Notes: generated by a model not told the origin, from the letters alone. Positions 12,594-25,700 are shown, counted from the first letter of the stretch. The stretch: DNA of 64,000 nucleotides from Kudoa neothunni (GCA_964304625.1 OZ199838.1:16847469-16911468), one strand, 5' to 3'. Translations and numbers: made by a program.

Positions 12594-15492
12594 ATGAGGA
12601 TTTCACTTTATCAACTGGGAGTACTTTTGCTTGCTATATGTAACTAGGAATATTTATTTGCGGTTAAATTGAATAAAGTATAGTCAAATGTACTTCTATG
12701 GTTGCATCTGACCCTGAAGCTCAAGTCCCACCTCTTACGAATGAACTCAGATATCAAATAGTAGAAGATAATAATGAAAAGAAACTTCAACTTATATTGA
12801 GCGGAAGCACATACAGCGAAGAAAGTTACTGTCAGATTAAAAAGTCGAATGATGTAGCTACAGAATATCAAGTTATAGATTCATGCCCTGAAACAGATCC
12901 AAATAATGGTCAAAATAAATGTGTTAGAAAATGTTTGGGAAATGGCAATAAGCTGGGACTTGATAAATTTTCCCCAAGAACGAAATATATTGTTGTTTTT
13001 AAAGGGGAAAATCCTGCAAACGCCGCTGGGAAAAGCAATGGGGGAACTGTATTTGGACTCGAGTTACGTAATAAATGATTAATAAAAATTCTTCAAACCG
13101 AATTGTTTTTAGGATTACTTGTCAATCCAAAGGTCGCTGTGACCACTACAGCAGATAGTAAATTAAAGTTGAGCACAAAAACTTGCCCACCAGTCAAATG
13201 TCCTATATACTACAAAGGAGTCGAATATGTAGCTACTACGCAAGGTACTAACTGCGATACCGCCAATAATTCAAACGAAGTTGAATTTGATTTAATGATA
13301 CCTCATTACGAAATGAAATGTGAAAATTATCCAAGTTTCTTTTATAAGCTTCAAAATGATTACACTCTATCGAAAATTGATGTTTACAAACCACAATATT
13401 ATGTAGCTTACGCTTCGGCTCAGAAAAATAAATATTCACTTAAGTTCACGAATAAATTTCCTTTCGAAATATGTCGCTTTAGTATTAGAGATGGGGAAAC
13501 CCAAGCTAATGCTGATGAAACTGCAAAATATTATGTATCAAATTGTGGTGGGGAAGATAAACCGTGCATTGCTCCTTGCAATAATGTAGAGCTTACTTTC
13601 ACTGAATCGAAGACAATATTAGAAGTGTTGATACAAACAAGACACTTTCCACTAGAAAAAGTCAACGATGAATATAAAGGTTATACACAAAAGAAATTCG
13701 GTACGAATTTAACATTTAAATATTTAATTATGCTCGGATAGTTTTCACAGAAACTACTTCAGAAAATGGTTTATTAATACCTGCTATAACACATGATACT
13801 GCTTCTTTAAATGTGCCCCTTTTTAAACCTGATTCAAACCCTAAATTTACAAGTTGTATCGTCACCCATTTCGCTGCTGATAAACCATTGTCTACAACTA
13901 ATGCAGGGGCCACAAAGTGTAGAGTAAGCAACGAAAGTTGTTCCAATGACTGTACTTCAGCCTTAGTAATAAAAGAACTTTCCAGTGGAAAGCCATACAT
14001 TCTTGTAATAACACCTGGACCTGCAGGTACGGGTGGCGTACCGGAAAATTTCAAAGAACATATATTCATTAGGACTGGTATAATAATTGATAAATATGTT
14101 GTGTATAATAAATATGTAGAAAAAGCCACAGGCTCAACATTCCCTGCCATAACACCAATAATAGATGAGACAACGGCGGTGATTACAGCCCTTACAGGAG
14201 GTGGAACAATCGCAAAAGAAGACGTAACGTGTGCATATTATATCAGCCCTCGCGGAAAGGATATATATGTATGTGCAATGTGCATTGATAGTTATCCTTG
14301 CCGAGGTTTTTGCAAAGAAACTAAACAAATTGTTGGTTTAACTCCAGGAACTGAATACGATCTTAAGATAGTTGCTCACAAAGAGTATGGATTCAAAGAG
14401 CATCAAATAAAAACACGTATGAAATAATTGAATGATAAAAAATGATTAAATTCATAGTAATGTCAAAGCTGACACTTAAAAAACAATTTACGGACAAAGG
14501 TTTCAAAGTGGTGGGTTCGTTGTCGACACCAGATCCCTTCGCTCTATGCAGCTACAAAGTTAAAGTTAAAAAGGGGAAAAATTTTGAGTTGATCCACGAA
14601 TGTCCAGCTACTCCACCCCAAACAGTAGCAACTCCAAGCAAGCCTAAAAACATACCAAAGGTTTCTAAAATTGAGGTTGCTAGATCAGCTGCTGATCGAA
14701 AACCTACATCCAACCCTGAAAATAACACTGTCACGACAACATCATGCACTGAATTACCTACATGTTCCGAAATAATATATACTAATCTTTACGATCGTTC
14801 CAAAAAATACCAGATGTTGGTAACTGCCGTTGGTGGTCGTTCAGAGGAAATCACTATTGATATCCCTGAAAGTAATTCGATTTTAATAATACTTCTAACG
14901 AAATTATTTTCATTAATTTTTAATATATTAGATAATTTTTCAATAAGTGAACATGTCAACAAAAAAGTAATCATTGGCATAGAACGCGAAGGGAACAAGC
15001 TTAAAGTTACAGCTCTACTTCGGAGCGATGCCCCGGAAAGCACATGTGGTTGGGAGTTACGTAACTCTTCAGAAGATGGAAAGAGTTTGGTAAAATCGTG
15101 TAACGGTGCCAATGACAGTGGTTGTGAAACCCTTCCATTATGTAAGGGTTTTGAAATTCTTAACATAGAAGATACTAGTGATTATCATCTCACTGTATAT
15201 GTGAGCAGTGATCCAACAATAATCGGTCATGCGATAATCAAGCAAGGTAAACAAAATAGTTACTAAATTTGATAAAATATTTTTAGGTGAATCTCACGAT
15301 ACAATGAAATCAACGTAAGTTGTGTAAGTTTTTTCATTTTTAATATTAATTTAGATCAAAAAATACCATGTATTTTTAATTACGTTTAATTATGTTTGAT
15401 TATTATTCCTTAGAATTATAGCTTCGGCAGTAGCAGGAGTCGTAGTCGTTGCTATTGGAATCGGAGTGATTATTATGAAAAGAAAGAATTGA
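12594..15492 (+). CDS. Surface-protein family copy B1, 833 aa type-I membrane protein
   Basis: Hand-spliced exons 12594-12639, 12684-13067, 13113-13700, 13742-14077, 14120-14416, 14458-14871, 14932-15246, 15287-15314, 15355-15369, 15414-15492. Total 2502 nt, open frame, all GT-AG. Signal peptide MRISLYQLGVLLLAIFKCTS; C-terminus IIIASAVAGVVVVAIGIGVIIMKRKN*. Confidence 0.9.
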
Positions 15493-15554
15493 ATACCACT
15501 CATTACATTATTATGAATTTTTTTTTAATTTTATATCTTATTTTTACAACATTA

Positions 15555-17738
15555 GCAGACACTGTCCATTTGTTCGTGTTCGTGTTCGCTTTTATTTACA
15601 TTATGTCAAACTTGAGTGTGGAAACTGTTGAAGAGGCTTTGAAAGCTAGGAGACTTTGCTCTTAGCAATAATCTACATCGCATTCTAAAGAATGGGACGA
15701 TTTTTGTACCATCTTTACTAAAGACGGAGTTGAAACATCCTAAATTTATTTTATTGTTTGCACAAGGTGCAACAAAACATTTCCGCATAAATCTTCTTAC
15801 GAGAATAGGAAACTTATTAGTCATAATAAATTACATACTCAACCAAATAATGATATAAAAATTAGTGAAATATTTGTTTCACCTCCCTCTATTGTTGATT
15901 TAAGCTTGTCAAATCTGGTAATGTTTGACACAAAAATTGCTAATTGTGTAGTTGAAACAATCTCTTCTTTTTCAATAACGGAAAGTGCATCATTTACTGA
16001 GATGATAAACTTCGCATTTTTCTTAAACAGAAAGTTCAGTGAACCTAATGCTAGGCTTAAATTTTTATCAAAAAAATGCGTTAAAAAATTACTATGAATA
16101 AGTATGAGCCTAAACGTTGATATTTGAACTGATAATGCTAAAATCAACTCATTCATTGATATATCAGTGTTATTTGTTAAAAATTTCACCCTTCAACATT
16201 TTCAATACGACATGATCTATTTTCCTGTAAAACGCATTGCAAAAAATATAAATAAAATCTGCACGGAATTTTGTAGTAAATTTTAACTTAACAAATCTGA
16301 TCTAAGAATTGTTTATGATTCCGCAGAAAACAATCTACGGGGTCTAAGAGAGTTTAACACAACCAGATGTACAGCTCACCACCTTAACACTATTATATCT
16401 CAAGGTATTTTATGTATTAAATTGATGTTAAAGTGATATACTTAACGATATGCTATCTTAATCTCTCATACTTATTTTTGGTAAATCAAGATAAAACTGT
16501 TATAATCTAAATTTAAATAATTTATTTTTATCTATTTTAATATATTGATTATATGTTTTTATCACAAATAAATTTATAAATAAATTTTGCTTTTGCTATA
16601 ATATCTAATTTCGACTTGTTTATTGTGTAGCTTAGGATCTCAGCACAAGCGGCACATCCGGTTTATCCGTACTAAGGGTGATTGTTGACAAACTGTGCGG
16701 ATCTGTTCATAAAACAGCTGATTTACAGTCCATTATATTTTCAGTGAAAATACAATGGGGCTCAGCTACGCGACCATGGAGAGGTCTCTGCGATCGATAT
16801 AGAACGTTAGTGGCGTGTTTCGATAATTCGAAGGGTGTGATAGAGAATCATCCAGCTAAAAAGTACTTTGATGGATTGGACAAGAACGAATGTGTTGTTG
16901 TAGTTGAATTTTTCAAAATATTTTCCGATTTCTGTGATCAGTTGGAGCGGGTGAAGGTACCATCGTCACATGATGAAATTCGTTTAAGTTTCGTGTTTTA
17001 TATTATCGTTAGGTTTTTATTGTATTTCATCGTATCAAAGCAATGATTAAAAAGCCACATAAAAATCTTACGGGCGATTATTGCATGCATTTGGAAAGTT
17101 TATTGGACGAAAAAGACACACAATATATTGATATCAACCATAAAATCGCGGCTTTTCTCCACCCAAATTTTAAAAAATTCAAATTTATTGTGTAGATCTG
17201 CGAAATAAAGAATTAAATTTCGTGATAAACCACGTTGAGTCGTTTTTTCTGGCATAGCTGAACCAAATTATCTACTTAAAAAAGAATTTGACGGTAAATC
17301 ATTGCTTTTAACAAACATTGAAAAAAATTAGACTTAATCCCAAAGAACCCCATCCTTTGAAAAACCACTCAATATGTTATGAACTGGATAGTGACTCAGA
17401 AGATTTTCAATCAGAAATTCAACTGTACATCCGAGAAAAAGTCAACAAAGTTTACGAAAATCCGCTCGTTTATTGGGAAAACTCAAAGACAGAAAATCTT
17501 AAAAAATTGCAACTAACGTGTACAGCCGACCAGCGTCCAGCTCAATGTCAGAACGGACGTTTTCATACGCTGGAAAAATTTTATTCATGCTAGATATAGA
17601 TTTGAACCAAACACGTTAAGAAAATTAGTAGTTCATACTAATAATATTAAAAATAAGACACTTCTGGAATAAATTTAATTCACTCCTCTTTATTATGTGT
17701 TATTTTGCATTATCTCAAAAGCAAACTGAACAGGCCTA
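15555..17738 (+). mobile_element. Degenerate hAT transposon directly downstream of B1 (copies 31122-33305 and ~58405-62630)
   Basis: Fragments CDSAEN, RCAAHHLNTII, IAAFLHP, NPLVYWENS and S.SERTFSYAG (hAT dimerisation domain) with many stops; right end ..GAACAGGCCTA. Confidence 0.75.
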
Positions 17739-17744
17739 ACTTAG

Positions 17745-17879
17745 TGTTGTGTCCAAGTTTAGCAAAACGTTAGCAAGGGAAAACACGTTGACACAAAAAA
17801 ACAATGATGATGAAAAATGGATTACTCAACTAATTACTAGGTTTGTGTACAGGGCTGGGAAGAGATTATGTACATAACA
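17745..17879. mobile_element. Solo LTR (135 bp)
   Basis: TGTTGTGT...ACATAACA termini, 5-bp TSD CTTAG (17740-17744, 17880-17884); empty site with a single CTTAG in the opposite arm at 31116-31120. Confidence 0.85.
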
Positions 17880-19399
17880 CTTAGCCACTTAAAAAATTCA
17901 TTTCTTATTATTAGACTTATAAAATTAGGGTTTGAAAGTATTTTTGTCATTCTAAACAAAGTTTAGACAGATTTGACAATAGTGTAACTTAATATAACGA
18001 GATTATGTTTCTTAAATCAATTTAATTATCTTTGAAAAGAATACTAATGTCAAATTTTTATTTGGTAAAAAATATGAAATTATGACATATGAGGTATCAT
18101 ACCTCAAAAATTCCAGTAAAGCAAGGTTAGAATCATAATTATTTATATTCAATGTCTCATATTTTTCTTCGCTTAAAATTTAATATTAATTTCATATCTA
18201 AGATCTTTTTGGTAATGATAAAGTATGCGGCTCCCGAAAACGACCTCTTAGGCATGATTTTCGAATTTCATTTTTCATAATTGTCCATAATAAAATAAAA
18301 GAATTTTTCATCCGAACGCTGTCGAATACACGTGCAATCTCCATTTTTTCAAGGAATATTGAATTGTTTTCTAATTTGTTTTGATAATCACTCATAAGTT
18401 GGTTATTCTTCATATTTTTTAGCATATAAATATAAATTTTACAATATCAGATTTATTTATACATGTTTTATTGGTTTCAATTGTGAACAGTTTAAAAACG
18501 AGGACAACCACGTGCTCTCAAAATGCATTTTCATAATATTCTTAGGACTGATGAGTTTTTTAAAAATAAATAAACGCTATTTTTTAGATAAACATTTAAT
18601 TTCAATAGGTAAATAATTAAAGGTTGATTATATGAAGTTATTACTTTATTCGAGGAATTTTTACGTGTATGTTTAGTATAACATTCGATAACCGTAAAAA
18701 TGTTGTCATTAAAATTCCAATAATTGTTATTATTATACATTTATTAATTTTAGTCAGTTATATGTGTACCGATCAAAATAATAACCTTAGTTAAGATATT
18801 AAGTTTACACTTAGTAATATTCTCAATTCGTATATTTTCTCGAATTTGTTGTTACTAAATTTCGACAAATCCAAAAACTTACAAAACAATAAAAATATAA
18901 CATAATATTTTTTTCCAATATATTACAGATACTGCAATGTAAAACAGTTTTCGATTGTCATTTTAAAAAATTAGGTTTCTGAGTTTTAAAAATAAAAACT
19001 GAATAATTTCTTAATTTCTAATACAAAATTTAATAAAACAAATTTTACTACATCAATATCTACATTTAAAATTTCACCGAATATTTTTATTGTTGTGAAA
19101 AATGGGATGTTTTGGGGAAATTTGCGAAAAGTATATTTTTAAAGTTAGTTGATATATAATTGCAATATATAAATAATAAAAAATCTAAATATTAATAATA
19201 AATAACTTTTGAGTTAATAACTAAGAAAGAAACAAAATAATTAAATATTTGTTGAAAAAAACGCATTAAAGTTTATGCGGGGCTAAAGGATATAAATTTG
19301 CGCAATAAAAATTAATTTTCTTGTGTTTTCTTCATATCTATCACTTTTTCTATTTTTTTATCACTTAAAAAGTTAATGGTGCACATATTTTCCGAGACA

Positions 19400-21745
19400 G
19401 TCCAGAATTCGACTATAAAAATCTCCTCCGGCAAAGGATAACGTATTAGATTGCACTTTAAGAAAGTTTAAATAATTCGGAAACGAAAATATGACACTGA
19501 CCTTAAATTAATCGGCGTTGATGCCGGGACAAGAAATTGTTAACTAAAAACCAGGGCTGATACACTCCTGCACAAAAATGATCATGATTTGAATTTCGAA
19601 ATCAAAATCTACAAAGTTTGATGCTTACAAAAATTAGTTTGACTGCTTCTATAGATCAATTTGAAACATAATATTTTTTGGAATGTTATAAAGAAACGTC
19701 TCTATGCGAAATCTTCCTCAAGCAATGCTGAGCAGTTCTCGCTAGCACCTTATAAATAGAGTTGGAAATTGTCGATTTAAACCGTGGAATTTTCGAAAAT
19801 TCCCCTGTTTTTGTAGCATTAGACACGTTCGAAAATGGAAATGAAGCGATGTTTTAAACCAATTATTTAATGGAATGGAGTGATTTAGAAGCTACTGCTG
19901 ATGTACTAATATGTAGATATTGCAAAGTGTTGATACCTACGAAACAAAATTGAATACAGGAGCACGTTAATTCTCAAAAACATTGTTCCATCAAGCCGAA
20001 TTTGTCGGAAATAAACCCTCTAACTAATATATTTTATCGAGACGCGACGAATTCAAATAAAATAGAAATGGATATGGTTAAAATAGTTGCTTTTAATGGC
20101 CTCCCATTTTCTTCGATTAATAAAGAAAGCACTCTAAGGAAATTTATTTCAACGTATTGCCCTGCGTTACGGTCCCTATGCTATCTGAAGGAAAATATTT
20201 AGTTGAAAAGCATCTTCCAACGATATATAAGGAAGCTATTTCCACTATTAAACTAATGATGTCTGATTTACGTTTTAGTTTAATAATTGACGAGTCCCCG
20301 ATGCTAAAAACCGACCAATTTTTAACACTTTGGCCTACTTCCGTGATAGCTCCTCAGATAGACGCAAAACTATTATGTTAGATTCTTCGAGACTTATACA
20401 ATGTAATTCTGTTATTGTTGCTGGCCATTTGTCTGAAATTCTAAAATGATATGATTTAGATTGGAAAAATTGTATCGCCATTATTTCTGACTCGGCATCT
20501 TACATGAAAAAATATTATAGCGAGTTGAAAATTATGTATCCACATATCGCAAAAATCTCTTGTTTTTCACATATTCATGGAACTGTTCAAAAAGCCGATG
20601 ACCTTTACTTTAAGGATGTTAGAAATTTTCATCCCTACTGTCAAAAAATAGGAAATCGAAACATTCTTTTTTGATTTACTTTAAAAATAATAATTTCTTT
20701 AATTATATAAAGCAAGTAAAGGAGTATTATCCAACAGTTGTCGACTTGTTAATAGATGTAAAAGGAGACAAATTTTGGGCAAAATTTAATGAATTTCTAA
20801 AAATAGACGTAATTGATCTTAATGCTTTTTACTTTTGTTTAAATATTTTAATCGATGGACTTACTCCATTTTTTGATTTTTCAAAAATAATTGAAACCGA
20901 AGAGAATTGTATCTCGAAAATTTATGACTGGGTAGAGAATGACTTCGGAATCAATTAGAACTATTCGCCAAAAAATTACAAGAACATTATTGATCTCATT
21001 CCATTTCAATGTAGAAATAATCTTCTTTTTAAATGTGAACATTTATGCGACAAAATTATTAATGAACTAAAATGTTCAATATCTAAAAATCTAAATGAGT
21101 GTTGACCCTCAAATACATTTTGGAAACTTTGAAAAATCTCGATTCAAACGATATAATTTCAATTGAACATTTGAATGTTGATGATCTTTGTTACTTTTTA
21201 CAGATTGAAGACAGGCAACAACTTAAGAATGAATTCGAATCGTTATGTAAAGAGACGAAAGATTTAACAAGATCAATCGATCCCAACTTTTGGAAAACGG
21301 GATCAAATGTTTTACTTATACTTTGAACACTTTGTCAAGATGTATTGACCCTGCCAAAGTCATCAATCAATGTTGAAAGGAGTTTCTCAAAATTCTGATA
21401 CGTTTTTGGAAAAGAAAGAATAAATTTAGGTGATGATCGCCCTACAATATTGGCGATGCTAAATTTCAATGTTCCATGATGATTTTTTTAATTCATGATT
21501 ATCGAATCTATTTTGTTTCTTTTATTAAGCGTTTTTCTTTCTTAAAAGTCGATAAAAGTCGAATTTGAAAATTTTTTTATTTCGATCAATAAATAACGTC
21601 GATTTACAAAAAAATGAACCTCGAAAACCTCCAACTCTGCTTATAAAAATATGGCAAGCAAACAATTTAATTATCTGATAAAATATATCACTCATCGTTT
21701 GATGTGTTCATGAATAAAAAATACCAATCTCGCGCTAAATATTTG
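19400..21745 (+). mobile_element. Tc1-like transposase relic split by the hAT insertion
   Basis: FWNVIKKRLYAK before the hAT TSD and LIKIWQ after it resemble the Tc1 C-terminal region; highly decayed. Confidence 0.4.
19757..21639 (+). mobile_element. hAT transposon, degenerate, with intact ends
   Basis: TIR TAGAGTTGGA/TCCAACTCTG, 8-bp TSD CTTATAAA (19749-19756, 21640-21647); fragments FSLIIDES, ISDSASYM, VERSFS. Confidence 0.88.
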
Positions 21746-22778
21746 TTTTACCGTACTAAATTAACTAGTTATCCATGTAACGGATATCAAAACAATATTT
21801 GAGAAAATAAATATTTTAACGACCGATAAAACAATCAGCTAGGTTCCCTTATTAAGTAAAATCAGTAAATTTTAGAGAAATAAAACTTTTTTTTGAATGA
21901 CTAAAAATTTATTGTAATCTCACTAGAATACAACAAACATCTAAAACAATTGAAATTTAAAATGTAGACATGCGTAAAACATGGTATCGGTATCGGCGAG
22001 TACTGAAATTTGGAGAATTCGTACTCCTTTTAAAAAATGTGGTATCGGTGCAATCCTACCATTTAGTGTTATCAGCTAATTCTTTAATTTCGTCATCAAA
22101 TAGCATGTGATTACGTGATCCCCTCTGATCAATCTCTTTTATTTCATTTAGTGTGAATTTTCTCAATCTTCTTTTGCATACCCCAGTGTGGTATCTCCAA
22201 CATATATTTTCGTTGTTAGAATAATCTTTAATATACATATATTTGTTGTAAAAAAAATTTCTTCCATTTCAAATGGTTTTTAGATGTAATTTGGTTTATT
22301 GGAATCAATCTTCTCTAACGTTGCGCTGGCGGCAAAGCTCTTGCACAAATACATCCAAATCAAGGTTGTTTCCTAACGTGCACACTGGATGTGCATGCGC
22401 ACTGCTAGGTGAAATTCGCCATGCAGTTTCGGGAACTGATTTATTTAATAAATGATTGGAACAATAATAAATACTCTATTTAATAAATAGTATTACCATT
22501 ATTCTCCTAAATCTTAATATTTATTTCGATATTACCCTATAAACAGTGTATCGTAGAAAAACTTTTGATCCAGTTAAAAGTTCTGATTAATTTAACACAT
22601 CGATATGAGTTAGATAACAAAAAATTTGTTTAGATAAAATTTTTAATAACCTGAATAATTATTTTATAGTCTAAATTTTACTATCTGATAATGAATGAAT
22701 CACAATATCCACAAATGAGTGAAATTCGGGTCAATTGTATTCCGAACCGTCAATTGGTAGATCTTTTAATTATCAACC

Positions 22779-25700
22779 ATGAAAATAGCTGGATTTATCT
22801 ACCTTGCTTTAGGCATCTTTCTGAGTTAATTTTAATACTAACGTAAGTTTAGGTGTTTTAGTATCAAGCAAAGCAAATGTTAATGGAAGTCCACGTCCTC
22901 CTACTACACTTGCAGTTACACCTCCAACGAAAACACTGAAATACCAGATTTTGAAAGGTTCGGGTGCTGACCAAGACAAAATTAAACTCAATCTTGGAGG
23001 TTCTGATTATGGAAATGGCCAAAAGTGTCATATAATGCGATCTAACGAAGCAGAGATTACAGTGGATACTAGTAATGCATTACCAGCTGCGTTTGCAGAA
23101 ATCGATACCTGCACTGCCAACGTTATCGAGACTGGGGTTGAAGTTAGTAATAAATGTGTTGTCAACTGTGACACTACTACGAATACTATTAATTACAAAA
23201 AGCTGTCACCAAGAACCAAATACATATATGTCTTCGTCGGCGCTAGCGCAGCTAATGTTAAAGACCAAGTTAAAGGAGCAGGATCAAAAGTATTCGGATA
23301 CTCAATACGTAAATCCGTTTTATTTAATATAAAAATAAATTGAATTTAGCTTTATTGGTTAATCCGCAAATTAGAGTGTCTAAGGACACTACCGACAATG
23401 ATAAGCTGAAATTAGCAGCAATAACATGTGCCCGTGTAGATTGCCCTATTTATTATAAAGATATTAAATATGTAGATGGTACCAAGGGGGCAGATTGTAT
23501 TACTGAGACTTCAGCAAATAAAGTTGATTTTGATTTATTGTTACCGCATTACGAAATGAGGTGCGAAAATTATCCCAGTTTCTTTTACAATATGCCTAAT
23601 CAATATATGAAGGAAAAAATAGCCATCTACGAGCCTCAGTTTTATATTGTAGACAAAACTGAAGGTAAAGTCGGAATTAAATTCACCAATTCTCTATCAT
23701 CTGAAATATGTCTATTCAGCCTTAAAAATGCCTTAACTGAAACCGAGGGTCAATCATATACGTCTGCTTGTGGTGGTACTGATAAAAGATGTTATGCTCC
23801 TTGTAAGTACGTCGAACTTAATGGCATTAGGGGTAAAAAATTTTACAATATTTTGATTCAAACCAGACATCACGACATAAAAGCTACTGGAGATAGTTTG
23901 GATGGTTACAAACAAACTAAATTTGGTACTTCTTATATTAACACGCATTATTTATTATTTTCGTTAGCAATTACTGAACCAGCTGGAGGATTGCTTTCTG
24001 CTTACACTGAGGCTGGTGTTTCGTTTGATGGTACCCCATTTAAAGAAAATACTAATCCACAATTTTCGACATGTACTCTCAAACACTATTTTGCAAACAA
24101 AATCACACCAGGATCTCCAACAGAGACAACGTGCGACGCTAGCAGTTCCAGTAATGGTTCAGATGGTAACCAATGCAAAACTGATTGCACAACAAAATTG
24201 GTGATTAAACAACTTACAGCGGGAAAAGCCTACATGATTGAAATCACATTTACAAGTACCAATACTATTCCAAATAATTTCAAAGAACATATATTCATAA
24301 GAACAAGTAAATCATTATATTTATTTTATAAAATAATGAATTATAAAGATAATGGAAATGGTAAAGCATATGGAGCTACTGATCCTACGAAGACAGACAC
24401 GACAGTCTCTCTTACAGCTATAGCTGTCACCACAACTGAAGCAGATCAAAAGAAAGAAGAACCTACCTGTGAGTATTTGGTAAGTCCGGCTGGATTGGAC
24501 AGCTTTTTCCACGCGAAATGCAATGGCAATACCCCATGTAGAGGAATTTGCAGTGAACAAATTACGATAGAAGACCTTGAGCCAAACGAACCTTATGACA
24601 TCAGGGTGATCGCGGATAAGGATTACGGCATAAAAGATTACACAAATATACGAACAAGTTATTGAAGTTATAATTTACTCTTTAAATTTTTAATAGCATT
24701 GACAACATTAACGATAACACACAAGATCACATTGGATGGTTTGTCATTGAGGGCACGATTAAATTCTTTGGATCCAAGTGCAACTTGCAGTTATACCATA
24801 AAAAAGAAGACTGGTAACGATTACACAGACTATTACACATGTCCAGAGGTGCCGAAAGTAACGACACCTGTTTCCCCTCCAGTAGCACCAACACCCCCTT
24901 CGGCTCCTACTTCCAGATTAAGTTCTGCAGATCTCAACATAGCTAGAATTGCTCTACCAATGGTAACAGATGGTGGTCTAATCCCAACAGCGAAATCTTC
25001 AGTTCCAGATATTTCAGATACACAGCTTGCTGATGTCGCTAACAACATAAACCAATGCTCATCAAATCCGCTTTGCAATTCCATAATATTTCCCGAGTAT
25101 GAAGCAATAAATTCATACAAAATTGTAGTCACAGCTATCGGAAAATCTTCAGAAAAAGAGCATATCGTAGAATCAAGTACTACAATTAACGCTTCGATGA
25201 ACGATACTATTAAGAATTTCTTAAACGAATCTTACATTAGGTGCACCACAAGTAAACCCAACTGACTCCTCAAAATTGATATCAGTCGTCATTACACGTG
25301 ATGGGAACAATTTCATTGTAACCACCACACTTCCAGCTGGCATGAACGATGAATCAAAATGCAAATGGGAGTTACGTAACAGTAGTGTCAAGTCTAATGC
25401 AGTAGTAAGATCTTGCATGAGAAGAAACGTGGACAGATGTGCTGCTTTTGTGACCTGTAAAGAATTCAAAATAAATAATTTACCTGATGGAAATAACTAT
25501 TATTTGACTGTTTACAGTGCTCAAGATGATACAATTTTTGGCGGTGTTGACATACAACAAGGTATATTATTTGTTCACAATGTAATTTAATGTTATATAT
25601 CGTAGGAGCAAAGAGTAGTTCAGGGTGAGCTAAGTAATATTTTTTTATTTAATTTAATATTTTTTAGGGATAAAACCAAACTTATGTAAACAATTATAAT

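Larger units (their letters stand above)
12140..18350 (+). repeat. Inner left arm (B unit: upstream region + B1 + hAT relic); inverted copy ~30750-36720, direct copy ~55020-62630
   Basis: Identical ORF translations at mirrored coordinates (e.g. 16678-17046 vs 31814-32182; 17318-17593 vs 31267-31542); diverged homology outside the identical core. Confidence 0.93.

Noticed and set aside
13728-15166. Antisense ORFs over the family exons and over gag-pol (e.g. 13728-14150, 14789-15166, 51656-52207)
   Set aside because: Shadow frames of real coding sequence; they recur only because the DNA is duplicated.
21980-22040. GGTATCGGTATCGG..GGTATCGGTGCAATCCTA repeat
   Set aside because: Looks like an isolated hAT terminus; no partner end or TSD found, so not called.
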